A DNA stretch of 64,000 nucleotides. Source: Octopus vulgaris (lineage: Eukaryota). A program made the translations under genes and the position numbers. Where the stretch lies: the NCBI GenBank assembly GCA_951406725.2, contig OX597831.1, positions 28,768,001-28,832,000 on the forward strand, in the 5' to 3' direction. Every line of letters begins with the position of its first letter. The stretch's first letter is position 1. Below, piece by piece: positions 1 to 12,856 of this stretch. The notes beneath the pieces are model-generated. The model worked only from the letters and a program-made list of their open reading frames with translations. It ran no database searches and was not told the DNA's origin.

Positions 1-73
1 GTAGATCATATGTGTGCGTGTGTGTATGGATGTGTGCATGTGCGTATGTGTGTTTGTGTGTTTGTGTGTATAC

Positions 74-132
<59 letters not shown>

Positions 133-196
133 TATACACATATATATTTTGTATGTGTACGTGAGAGAGGGATAGAGAGAAAGAGGGAGTGTCTAC

Positions 197-357
<161 letters not shown>

Positions 358-843
358 AGCTTGAACCATTCAGCACACGCCAGCTCTAGTCGTTAGTGTT
401 ACTTGAGTTACCGTCTGATTGCCTATCATCAACGAAGTCATTTAGAAATCAGCCGATATCAAAGAGAGATCTTTCGTTCAATAAACGTCTTTATTGTTCC
501 TTATTTCTGAACTGTTCATAAAAGCTTTTGCCATATATATATATATATATACATAAGTAGGTAGGTAGGTAAGTATGTATGTATGTGTGTGTATGCATAC
601 GCACATATAGACACATTGCTCTTTCAATAAACAAATATCGACACGTATCTGTGTGCGTGTGTGTGTGTGTATGTGTGTTTCTCCGTGTGTGTATGTGTGT
701 GTATCTATGTGTACTTGGATGTGTGTTCATCTACTGTATATTCTGATTAAATTCTCTTTTTGTAATTATTTCTCATCAAAACTGTATACGTCTGTTTTAT
801 TGAAAATATCGACAATATAATGTTTCTGTCCTGTCTCATTCCG

Positions 844-924
<81 letters not shown>

Positions 925-993
925 CTTTCTTCCTCTAACAATCAATCTATCTGTCTATCTATATCAATATATATACAAAGACACACAAATATA

Positions 994-1033
<40 letters not shown>

Positions 1034-1168
1034 CATACGTATGTGTAAACTTATTTGTGAGTTAACAAGGCAACCAATGGTTTCATGTAAAGTGACCTTC
1101 ACAATTGTTCAAGCGTACCATATGGAAATCGTCTCCCTTTTGGATGAGAATATGCGAGTTTTTACATT

Positions 1169-1239
<71 letters not shown>

Positions 1240-1280
1240 ATATACATATATATATTTACATATATATATAGAGAGAGAGA

Positions 1281-1410
1281 TATGTGAAAGAATGGAGCTG
1301 AACGACGAATTAACAAAATTCCTTTATTTTCGATATATGCAGCCTTCGGAACATATGTCGAAAATAAAGGAATTTTGTTAATTCGTCGTTCAGCTCCATT
1401 CTTTCATATA
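1281..1410. repeat. Near-perfect ~59-bp inverted repeat with 12-nt loop, probable collapsed Penelope-type terminal remnant
   Basis: tgaaagaatggagctgaacgacgaattaacaaaattcctttattttcga followed by its exact reverse complement; flanked by (TA)n. Confidence 0.85.
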
Positions 1411-1894
1411 TTTATATTTTTAAAATAAACATACAAATTTCCACACGAAAGCACGTAATCTATGCCCTAGGCACGTAAGTTCAACCGTGTTTTTTCTGAT
1501 GTGAATTTGCTACCCAGGTATCGGTTAATTCGAATTATCCATAATAAGATAATTCATTCAACTACTCAAATATTTATATATAGATATGTATGTATATGGG
1601 ATATATGGGTTCACATTTAGCTTAATGGGCTTTGCTATATTTATCCTAAAACGTTGGAATGCAGAGGAATGCACACGGGTGATTATTGTTTTATTTTCAG
1701 CAGGCAAGGAATGAAGGATTCATTTTCACCTGTTTCGAAACTAGTTTGTTTCTTCAACAGATGTTATGCTCCCTACTCATCTGCCCATAGACAGCTATTT
1801 ACACACGATAGATTTAGTGGCTGCTGCAGAACACTTAGCTTGATTTGCATAAACAGTGTTTTGCTGGTCACTTTATTAATTCTCTTTTATCTTT

Positions 1895-2221
1895 TATATT
1901 TCTTTGTTGGTTCAGTCATTGGACTGTGGCCATGCTGGGGCACTGCCTTGCAGGTTTTTACTCGAACAAATCTACCTCAGTACTTAATTTTTAAAGCCTG
2001 GTACTTATTCTGAAGGTATTTTTCTTTTGTTGAATTGCTAAGATACGGTAATATAAACAAACCAACGCCGATTGTCAAGCGATGGTGAATGACAAACACT
2101 CAAAGACACACCCATAAGCATATAGACATATACTTACATGTGTGTGTGTCTGTGTGTAGACTGTTTGATGTAAATGGTGTACAAATGTTATATACAGGTT
2201 CTTATATACGTGTGTGTGTGA

Positions 2222-2284
<63 letters not shown>

Positions 2285-2525
2285 CATACATACATATATA
2301 TATGCGTGGTAGGCTTCTTTCAGTTTCTATCTACTAAATTCACTTCTTTTAGCTTCCGTCTACCAAGTCCACTTCTAAGGGTTTTTTTCTGCCCGTAGCT
2401 GTAGTAGAAGACTCTTGCGCAAGGTGCCACGTAGTGGGACTGAACCCGAGTACATGTGGTTGGGAAGCAAACCTTTTAACACACTGCCAGGCCTGTGCCA
2501 AGAGCTTCTTGCCACACAGCCCTCG
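1895..2525 (-). mobile_element. SINE family B copy, degenerate and interrupted by (TA)n
   Basis: Reverse-complement match to the copy at 5308-5705 (ttcagtcatt...gccatgctg; aaggtgccacgtagtgggactgaaccc). Confidence 0.7.
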
Positions 2526-2761
2526 CTTGGGTCTTATTCAGTTAAAAATAATTACAAAGCTTTGTATATCTATCCCTGGACAGGAAAACGGATTCGTTTC
2601 TCCAGATGAACGCTGAACTAGGTTCGAAAGAGATTAAGTTAATCGGCTTTAATCTATCAATGGAAAGTTTATCTAAACCTCACAGTATCGGCTTAAAATC
2701 CATTTGACTTATTTTAACTGACATACAGAATTATCCACACACACAATATTTTATATTTCCT

Positions 2762-3128
2762 AAGACGGCGAGCTGGCAGAAAAGTTAGCACGCCGGGCGA
2801 AATGCCGTTACGTCCTGAGTTCAAATTCCGCCGAGGTCGACTTTGCCTTTCATCCTTTCGGGGTCGATTAAATAAGTACGAGTTACGCACTGGGGTTGAT
2901 ATAGTCGACTTAATCCGTTTGTCTGTCCTTGTTTGTCCCTTCTGTATTTAGCCCCTTGTGGGTAGTAAAGAAATAGGTATTTCGTCTGTCTTTATGTTCT
3001 GAGTTCAAATCCCGCTGAGGTCGACTTTGCTTTTCACCCTTAAGCACCAGTTGCGTACTGGGGTCGATCTAATCGACTTTCCCCCTCCCCCAATATTTCG
3101 GGTCTTGTGCCTAGAGAAGAAAAGGAAA
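2762..3128 (+). mobile_element. SINE family A (tRNA-derived head, gcctttcatcctttcggggtcgat core), internally duplicated, with 14-bp TSD
   Basis: ggcgagctggcaga head, gagttcaaattcc B-box; TSD atattttatatttc at 2746-2759 and 3131-3144. Confidence 0.85.
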
Positions 3129-3769
3129 GTATATTTTATATTTCATAGTAATAATTATTGTTGGGTTTCTATAATTTATTTGTAGAATTAGCACTCAGCA
3201 ACAGTTAGACATGGAAATCGGGACAATTATTGAAACTATCACTTTTACTGAGTATAAATAACTATATATCTCAATGGACAAAACAGGGGAGTGTATCAAC
3301 TTCTGCTGATTATCCCAACCAGGTTAGAAACCAGTCAAGTTAAATTTCCATTTTCAGTCCGTGGCAGAAATAACATTTGTTTGTAATTAGCTAAATCTCC
3401 CGGTATCTGCTAAACAACATTATGACTACCTCTGTGTGTGTGTGTGTGTGTGTGTGTGTTCATACTTAAAAAGAGAATAGGTAAGTGTTGCTATATCGTC
3501 TGCCTTCAAGTCTTCAATTTCTTCATAATTTCATTTCTATTTACATTTTAATCTTCACATTCACCCCCAGCAACACCACCATAACTACTACTACTACTTC
3601 TTCCACCACCACTCACCACCACCACCACCACCTCCACATTTACTTCTACCGCCACCACTACCATCACCACCACCAACACTACTACAACTACTACTACTAC
3701 TACCACCACCACTACCATCACCACCTACTCCACAACTAATACTACTACTACTATTTCGACCACCACCAA

Positions 3770-3829
<60 letters not shown>

Positions 3830-4031
3830 AGCTGCTGCTACTATTTCACCTACCTGCCAAAACACAACCACTACAATCACCACCACCACTACCACTGCTG
3901 TTGCTGCTACTACAGCTACCACTACTAAAACCACCACCACCACCAATACTACAATTACTATTATACCGACCATTACTCCCAGTATTACTACTACTACTAA
4001 TACCTCCATTACCACCACCAGCTACAGTACT

Positions 4032-4072
<41 letters not shown>

Positions 4073-4183
4073 GCTACTGCTGCTGCTACTGTTACTTTTA
4101 CAACTCCTAACTACTACCACTTTCTCCTGACTCATTTATTTTCATTTTCCTGGTTGTTCTAAACACCACCACCACCACCTTCT

Positions 4184-4215
<32 letters not shown>

Positions 4216-4569
4216 TTCTTCTTCTTCTTCTTCTTCTTCTTCTTCATGTTCCCCCTCTTTCTCCCTTCTTCCTCCTCCGTTCTCTTCTTCCCTCTTTCTC
4301 ACCGTTTTTATCCAAAATAATTAATTATATTCCCACATTTCAATTATCTCTAACTTGTACTTCTTTTATAGATATTCTATTTTTTATTTAATTTTATTTT
4401 TATATTTAAATTCTTCATTTTTCATTCTTTTTTTTTTGTTTATTTTAATATTCTTTAAATTACATTTTCCCCCCCTTTCACCGTCTCCTCCTTAGATTCC
4501 TTTCCCTTTTTTATTATTCTTGCTCTCCTTGTCACCGCCACCACCACCACCACCACAAACACCACCACC

Positions 4570-5010
4570 ACCATCACAACCATCATCGCCCAAATTTCTT
4601 CCGGTTGTTTTGAAACATTCCCCCCACAAGAAAGACAACCACCACCACATCCACCGCCAAAACTACCACCACCACCACCACCACAACCACCGCCACCACC
4701 ATCACAACCATCACCGCCCAAATTTCTTCCGATTGTTTTTAAACATTCCCCCCACAAGAAAGACAACCACCACCACATCCACCGCCAAAACTACCACCAC
4801 CACCATCACAACCACCACCACCACAACCACCGCCACCACCATCACAACCATCACCACCCGGATTTCTTCCGATTGTTTTTAAACCGATTGTTTTTAGACA
4901 ACCACCACCACCACATCCACCGCCAAAACTACCACCACCACCACCACCACCACAACCACCGCCACCACCATCTCAACCATCACCGCCCAAATTTCTTCCG
5001 CTTGTTCTTA
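4570..5010. repeat. Minisatellite, ~128-140-bp ACC-rich unit, about 3.5 copies
   Basis: ccatcacaaccatcaccgcccaaatttcttcc recurs at ~4571, 4699, 4839 and 4967. Confidence 0.85.
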
Positions 5011-5273
5011 AACCCCCACCCAACCCCACCCACAAAAAAAGACAAAAGCATGGAAGACTGTCGAATATTCCATTGGGAGAATGATCGTGTGACATCGCCA
5101 TATTGCCTTCATTGGACAAAGTCCCTTTATCATGAGTTCCTTAGATCGCATAATTCAATTAGTTAATAAAATTACGACCTAACACCTGATGCTTCAGAAC
5201 CATTAACGAGGGTTTACAACATGGCACTCTGCTTCCATTAATTGCTTTCTATTTTGCCTTCCTAATTAACACT

Positions 5274-5307
<34 letters not shown>

Positions 5308-5309
<2 letters not shown>

Positions 5310-5474
5310 CGCAGGAGTGGCTGTGTGGTCAGTAGCTTGCTTACCAATCGCATGGTTCCGGGTTCAGTCCCATTGCGTGACACCTTGGCCAAGTGTCTTC
5401 CACTACAGCGTCGGATCGTCCAAAGCCTTGTGAGTGGATTTTGTAGACGGAAAGTGAAGGCCCGTCGTATATAC

Positions 5475-5573
<99 letters not shown>

Positions 5574-5705
5574 GTGTTTGTCCCCCCACCATCGATTGGC
5601 AACCGATGCTGATGTGTTTATTCCTGAGATCGATTTGTTCGAGTAAATGAGGTGCTCCAGCATGGCCGCAGTCAACTGACTGAAACAAATAAAAGAATAA
5701 AAGAA
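5308..5705 (+). mobile_element. SINE family B (ggcgcaggagtggctgtgtgg head, internal (GT)n, aaagaat tail)
   Basis: A-box tggctgtgtgg, B-box-like ggttcagtccc; several copies in the window. Confidence 0.85.
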
Positions 5706-5737
5706 TTCATACATACGTATGTACGTACTTAAGTATG

Positions 5738-6155
5738 TATTCTTTTATTCTTTTACTCTTTTACTTGTTTCAGTCATTTGACTGCGGCCATGCTAGAGCA
5801 CCACCTTTAGTCGAGCAAATCGACCCCCCAGAACTTATTCTTTGTATGCCTCGTACTTATTCTATCGGTCTCTGTTTGCCGAACCGCTAAGTTACGGGGA
5901 CGTAAACACACCACCGTCGGTTGTCAAGCGATGTTGTGGGGGGACAAATACAGACACACACATACATATAGATATATATATATATACATATATACGACGG
6001 GCTTCTTTTAGTTTCCGTCTACCAAATCCACTCATAAGGCTTTGGTCGGCCCGAGGCTATAGCAGGAGACACTTGCCCAAGGGCCACGCAGTGGACTGAA
6101 CCCGGAACCATGTGGTTGGTAAGCAAGCTATTTACCACACAACCACTCCTGCGCC
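5738..6155 (-). mobile_element. SINE family B, near full length
   Basis: Reverse complement of the 5308 copy, ending ccactcctgcgcc. Confidence 0.85.
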
Positions 6156-6157
6156 TA

Positions 6158-6590
6158 TGTGTCTTCATTTCCAGATCATAAAGTATGCGCATGTTTCATC
6201 CTATGACACCAAATTAAAAAAAAAGAATCTGTCTTTATTAGTTTCAAGCGTTTGCAGCAAATCAGAGCAGACTTCCATTCTTCCTTCCTTCAAATCATGT
6301 GCCAATGTCGAGGTACCTACTTTGAATGTACTTTACAATACCCAAAGTTTTCTATAATGCGCTGTGACCACAGTCCAGTCATGGTAGTTCGTATCACTGG
6401 TCACACTTGACGGCCTCGACTGCTACCGCGTTGTTTGTCTTCCCTGCTGTTTTCCTGATATTTAAACTTCATCCATTTGTGTGCATTGCTCTTGCCAAAA
6501 GTGTTATCAGAGTAAACAACTTGTAGTCTGCTGTGAATGTCGGAGATTGCTTCTGTTTGTAACCCATTATTTGCTGGCAATGATGAAGGA
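6158..6590 (-). pseudogene. Decayed mariner transposase fragment (HTH to first catalytic Asp)
   Basis: Minus-strand frames give ISDIHSRLQVVYSDNTFGKSNAHKWMKF, FGYCKVHSK*VPRH (WVPR motif) and RMEVCSDLL...NLVS*DETC (GDETW motif), with stops and frameshifts. Confidence 0.8.
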
Positions 6591-6891
6591 CAGGGTGAAG
6601 AGTTATTGTTCGAGAAGACCTAATCTATCAAGATGTGCAATCTGAGCGACGTATATCAATTAATAAAACAGTTGTGCTATGTTTTGCATCACAACACAGC
6701 TATGCGTGTTACACACGCGCGCACGCACACATACGCATACACACACACACACTTATATATACATACATACATACATATATATATATATATACATACATCA
6801 ACATATATACATTTACATACATATATTCATACATACGTACACACACACATATATGTATGTACGTATGTACATACATATTTCTGCTCCATTT

Positions 6892-6946
6892 TAACAAAAC
6901 TGTCCGACGAACGGGAACGTGAAACTCTGAGTAACAGCTTTTGTTA
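6892..6946 (+). ncRNA. Minimal type I hammerhead ribozyme fold, U4C core variant, Penelope-type
   Basis: Stem I taacaaaactgt/acag(c)ttttgtta; core CCGACGA; stem II ACG-GGAA-CGT; GAAA; near-palindromic stem III ACTC-T-GAGT; GUA cleavage triplet. Confidence 0.7.
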
Positions 6947-7194
6947 TATTTCTGCTGCTGATATATATATATATATATATTTTGCGAAGGAAGAGACAAA
7001 GTATGCGTGTGGATTTTCTAGATAACAATTCCCCCGGTACCAAATTTAAAATTCCTTTCTTATTTTTATATTTTGCTGTAAGAAAATTCTAGAAAACGCC
7101 TTCTTTTATAAAGGAACATAATCTATTTTTATTTTGTTTTATTCCTAATGGAATCTGAATTAAATCTGAAAACATTCTGGAGGGATTTATAAAT

Positions 7195-7259
<65 letters not shown>

Positions 7260-8072
7260 TTAGTTCCTGCTATTTTTTTCTGACTGTGGTGCTGGTGGTG
7301 GTGATTGTAGGGTTGTATAACTATTCTTCCAGACTTTCGTCGTCGACTATTATTGGAATAAATATCTGTGTATTTCAAGACATCGCTAAATTGGTTCAAC
7401 AAATTTATATAACTGGTGCCAAACTGGCGCCATTTCTTCCTTTCTGGACACTAAGGTGTTTCAACGAACAAAAAATTATCATTTAATAAGGCATTGCTTT
7501 GTAGGTAGCTGGAAGGGTGGTGGAAATATTGCATTAATGGTTATACCTGTTAGCACATTAATGAAGTTTTAATAACACTAATTGGGGTTGGCGGTAATTA
7601 AAAAGGACATGTTTACTCGAAAGTAATCATTTTTTTCATCATTGAATTCTGAGTGTTAGTTTTTGTAATAATTTTATTTTAATATTTTATTTGTCAGCGA
7701 CAAAATTATTTAATAAGCTATATACTACAGGATAACGACATAGTTACATATCTGATATCATAACCAATTTTTACAAGAATGTAATTTGCGTTAATGATGT
7801 TTTAATGACGTAAGAATATCGATTGGACATGTATTTAACTGATTGGGATATTTACTGACCAGTCACAAGTTTCTGGATACCTTTTTACCACATTGCCCTT
7901 TGTGTTTACAATGATTTTGAGTCAACTCCCATTTTGGAAGTAAAATTGGGTAGAGATGGATATTGTACGGAAGCACGACAAGGGGAACTCACGAGGAATA
8001 CCATTGAAGGTAACGATGGAGAGACATAAGGACAGAAGTTACAAAGCAAAGCTTGGAATATTACGTAATGTA

Positions 8073-8463
8073 TGGCAGCGAGCCGGCAGAATCGTTAGCA
8101 CGATTTCGTCTGCCGCTACGTTCTGAGTTCAAATTCCGCCGAGGTGGACTTTGCCTTTCATCCTTTCGGGGTCGATTAAATAAGTACCAGTTACGCACTG
8201 GGGTCGATATAATCGACTTGATCCGTTTGTCTGTCTTTGTTTGTCCCCTCTGTGTTTAGCCCCTTGTGGGTAGTAAAGAAATAGGTATTTCGTCTGTCTT
8301 TACGTTCTGAGTTCAAATTCCGCCGAGGTTGACTTTGCCATTCATCCCTTCGGTGTCGATTAAATAAATACCAGTTACTCACTGGGGTCGATGTATTCGA
8401 TTTAATCCCTTTGTCTGTCCTTGTTTGTCCCCTCTATGTTTAGCCCCCTGTGGGCAATAAAGA
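8073..8463 (+). mobile_element. SINE family A with tandem-duplicated body and 16-bp TSD
   Basis: TSD aatattacgtaatgta at 8057-8072 and 8464-8479; core and tail occur twice. Confidence 0.9.
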
Positions 8464-9017
8464 AATATTACGTAATGTAATATATATTTGGGTCAATATA
8501 TTCTAGTCATCTTGTTCCCCTATTATAAATCATTTTTACTATAGAGAGTTAAAATGCGTATATCACGAACTGGGGACGCTTCACTGTGCGTAAGTATCGT
8601 TCAATCTCTCGAAAACCTGATTATTACCATTGTGGACAGACTCCTTCTGCAATTCTTCTTTTTTGACATAAGTTTTCTCTAATAGCATCATTCAACACAA
8701 GTCCAAGACTTGTATCTGAAGGAACAATCGAACGCAAGCCAAAAACATGAGAAGACCTGAAAAGTCTATTGTCACGACCTCGCTTCTTCTGGCAAAAATA
8801 TTGTAGTTTTTAAAAATCACCTTCTTTCAAAAAGTAGACCGATAGTCTGGGAAAGGAGGACATAGAGATCGATGAATCTAGTAAACATCAAAGATCACCA
8901 TTCTAGTGTTTATCTATATTTTCTATAGCTTTGATGTTTCTTCTCAACAATTTTAAGACATCTCTGTCTGTCTTTCACTCTCTGTGTCTCTCTTTCTCTC
9001 TTTCTGTGTATATAATG

Positions 9018-9128
<111 letters not shown>

Positions 9129-9134
9129 TAGATT

Positions 9135-9190
<56 letters not shown>

Positions 9191-9224
9191 TAGATATAGA
9201 TATAGATATAGATGTAGGTATATA

Positions 9225-9265
<41 letters not shown>

Positions 9266-9587
9266 CTAAACACAGAGAGATACACATACACACATACATA
9301 CAGATATACATATATTGAATATACACACACGTATGTATTTATATATACAGACATATACATATATATACATGCATTTGTAACCCATAGAAAGTAGTAACAC
9401 TAGGGAAATGTGTACTCCGTGCAAAATCTGTACAAAAGAAAAATGTTAGATGGCCCCCAAGATGTTTAGCGTTACTATCAGTCATTCGGTGAAAACATGC
9501 AACAGCCATAACAGCATAAATAACGGTAATAGTGATGGTGATGATAACCATCATCATGATAACAATAACAACAACAACAACAACGAC

Positions 9588-9620
<33 letters not shown>

Positions 9621-10088
9621 AAACATTCTGGCGCTAAAATGTGCGCCAGCATAACCAATAGGCTGTCAGTCACTAATAGGTTTTCATTGTTAATGAAAAC
9701 GCGACCTACAACATAATATACGTATTCGTCGCAGCTCCATTCCTCTCTCTCTCTCTCTCTCTCCCTCTCCAGACATACACACACACTCAAACAGACACGT
9801 ACACACACACACACACGTATGGGAACACACATACACGCACACGGGCAATTGTATTTGGGGATTTTGAGGAATCTCTCACTCTCTCTCCTTGTTGCCATAA
9901 AGATATACACCTCGGCACCAATCTTTCACACTTTCCATCTATCTTCATGTGCAAGCAAGCATGCAGAACAACTCTAACACCTGAAAATATACCTAATAAT
10001 TATCACGCACAAACACCCGCCGTTTTTCTAATTTTTCCTTCAATAACTACCCTACCCCCTCTCACCCTGATTTCATCATCATCACCAT

Positions 10089-10425
<337 letters not shown>

Positions 10426-10426
10426 T

Positions 10427-10606
10427 AAGGAGGTGAGCTGGCAGAATTGTTAGCACGCCAGACAAAATGCTTAGCTGCATTTCATCTTGAGTTCTAATTC
10501 CACCGAGGTCGACTTTGCCTTTCATCCTTTCGGTGAGGGTGGGGTCGATAAAATAAGCAGCAGTCGAGCATTGGGGTCGATGACCTTATGCCAGAAGCTG
10601 GAACCA

Positions 10607-10647
<41 letters not shown>

Positions 10648-10890
10648 CATTATTATTATTATTATTATCATTATTATTCAAGCGGTGAGCTGGTAGAATC
10701 GTTAGTCCGCCGGACAAAATGCTTAGCAGAATTTTGTCCGTCCTTACGATCTGAGTTCAAATTCCGCCGAGGTCGACTTTGCCTTTTAACTTTTCGGGGT
10801 CGAGAAAATAAGTACCAGTTACGCACTGGGGTCGATGTAATCGACTTACCCCTCGCCCGCATTTCAGACGCTGTACCTTCGGTAGAATGG
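10427..10890 (+). mobile_element. Two head-to-tail SINE family A copies (10427-10605, 10681-10890) separated by (ATT)n
   Basis: ggtgagctggcagaat heads; gaggtcgactttgcctt core. Confidence 0.85.
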
Positions 10891-10922
10891 ATTATTATAA
10901 TTGTTGTTGTTGTTGTTATTGT

Positions 10923-10972
<50 letters not shown>

Positions 10973-11125
10973 TCAGCAGCAGTGGTGGTGGTGGTGGTGG
11001 TGATGGTGGTAGTGGAGGTGGTGGTGGTGGGTGGTGGTGGTGGTGGTTGTGATGGTGGTAGTGGAGGTGGTGGTGGTGGTGGGGATATTGGTATCACAGT
11101 TAATGACATAAGACACACACACACG

Positions 11126-11160
<35 letters not shown>

Positions 11161-11161
<1 letters not shown>

Positions 11162-11440
11162 AATGTCACATATCTGTTGAACATATTGCACACACAATCT
11201 GTGGCTGTCCTCCCACACACCCCAAACATCATCATGGTACTACTTTCCACTGCTGAACAACTTTTGTTTCTAAAACAGCAAAACAACTCCATCATCCATA
11301 GGAGAGACTGCCCTGCGATAAATATAGAGACTATTTCTGACATTTGGTACATTCATGCATACATATGGAACATTCCATTCAGAACTTCCGCCAAAATGCA
11401 ATACCAGCATACCTGGTGTAGATTCCTTGTGGTTGATTAG
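11161..11440 (+). mobile_element. Decayed fragment of a REL-endonuclease non-LTR retrotransposon (R4/Dong-like), zinc knuckle to pre-PD region
   Basis: KCHISVEHIAHTICGCP (C-x7-H-x4-C half of CCHC), then SSWYYFPL and WNIPFRTSAK in shifted frames. Confidence 0.55.
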
Positions 11441-11530
11441 GTTACTGAATGCTTAAAAAGCTGGTATTTTCGAGCAGTGAAAGATACTTAACACCTCTTC
11501 TGTAAATTCCATCCGCATATGTGTGTATAC

Positions 11531-11574
<44 letters not shown>

Positions 11575-11862
11575 GTGTTTTACGTATACATTTGTATAAA
11601 GCGTTAGGTAAGTACAGAGTGTAATTGTTTAATGACAAAAGAACAGTTATTACGTAATCAACTTCATTAGCTTACGGCTGTTTCTGATATATGAAGCAGT
11701 GCCCTCAGAGCTGATTGCTTGTACAACTTGTTACAGATTCCTCAGAGCCATTAAAATGGAGTGCATATTCATTTCGGAAAGCAATTTAAAACGCAAATGC
11801 AAACAGCAATATATCTGATACAGACTCTTTGAACTTGGTTCAGCCAGTTACTAAATATTTAA

Positions 11863-12036
11863 CCCCTTGGAGACGGGAAACGGTACTGACCGCATCGAAA
11901 CGCTGTATATGTGTGAGTAGTCCGAAGACTCTGTAAATACACAGTAAAACTCCTTGTATGTAAAATTATGTAGTTACTGAACAGCCTAATACCGATACAT
12001 AGCGCAAACTGTCAGTAAGAGTCCGTCTGCAAAGGG
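11863..12036. mobile_element. Non-autonomous piggyBac-type MITE (174 bp)
   Basis: TTAA on both sides (11859-11862, 12037-12040); CCC...GGG termini; imperfect TIRs ccccttggagacgg / ccgtctgcaaaggg. Confidence 0.65.
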
Positions 12037-12141
12037 TTAAAAAAGTGGAAAAGTAGCCAGTGGGGGGGGGAGACATCCCTGATGAAAGAAATATATACTT
12101 AAAAACGTTCTAGCCATGACCATTCAGTCATTTCTCATGTA

Positions 12142-12856
12142 TTGGTTGTCTGATAAATTCGTTCTTTTTTGAAGGTTTCTTCTTCCTTTTTTCATTTATT
12201 TTAATCTCATCGAGTGAAGGTAGCGGGCGATGGGATAATGAGAACGTCCTATTTATTGTGCCAATTCCGATGTAGACTGGCGTGGGTACTTGTGGATGAG
12301 ATGGTTCCATCGATCGTCATTGAATTGAACAAGTCGGCCGATCCTTGAAAAGTCTGAACGTGAGAACCATTTTTGTGCAGTTCTTTCCGTAACAGCACCT
12401 TCTCCGTACATGCGGGTTTTGGCAGCTTTGGCGCCTTGATTGAAAGCAAAGGGAAACATATGTTGAAAATGCCCTACTTTTATTCATATAATTTGCCACA
12501 AGATAATTTGCTACATAGATGTAGCTGCGGGCTGGACATTACATTAATGAGATGAAATGATAAACGAAATTATGATATTAATGAGAGGAGCAAAAGACGC
12601 CCGCCAATCATTTGCTTCTCTAAAACATTCTTCTTCAAAAAACATTTTTTTCACTACTTGGAATTCCATTGTCTTCTATCTGAAAAAAAACCCAGATAAA
12701 CTTTATTAAAATTTCATAAACGATAAACATAAGTTGTAGAGAAAGAAAAGAACTACACAAAAAAATAAAATAATAAATAAAACAACAGTAAAATTATTTT
12801 TCGTGTTAATTCAAATAACATCGAGAAGAAGCGAACGACTTTATCTGACAACACAA
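12142..12856 (-). mobile_element. Internally deleted mariner element with N-terminal transposase remnant
   Basis: TIR-like ends ttggttgtctgataaattcgttc / gaacgactttatctgacaacacaa; minus ORF FAFNQGAKAAKTRMYGEGAVTERTAQKWF...GRLVQFNDDRWNHLIHKYPRQSTSELAQ (mariner HTH). Confidence 0.8.

Noticed and set aside
4570-5010. Regularly spaced repeats as a CRISPR-like array or His/Pro-rich CDS
   Set aside because: The spacers are themselves repeated ACC-rich sequence, so this is a eukaryotic minisatellite
8545-8596. MRISRTGDASLC followed by gtaagt as a Cys-loop ligand-binding exon
   Set aside because: There is an in-frame stop just upstream and no W.PD.FF.N motif
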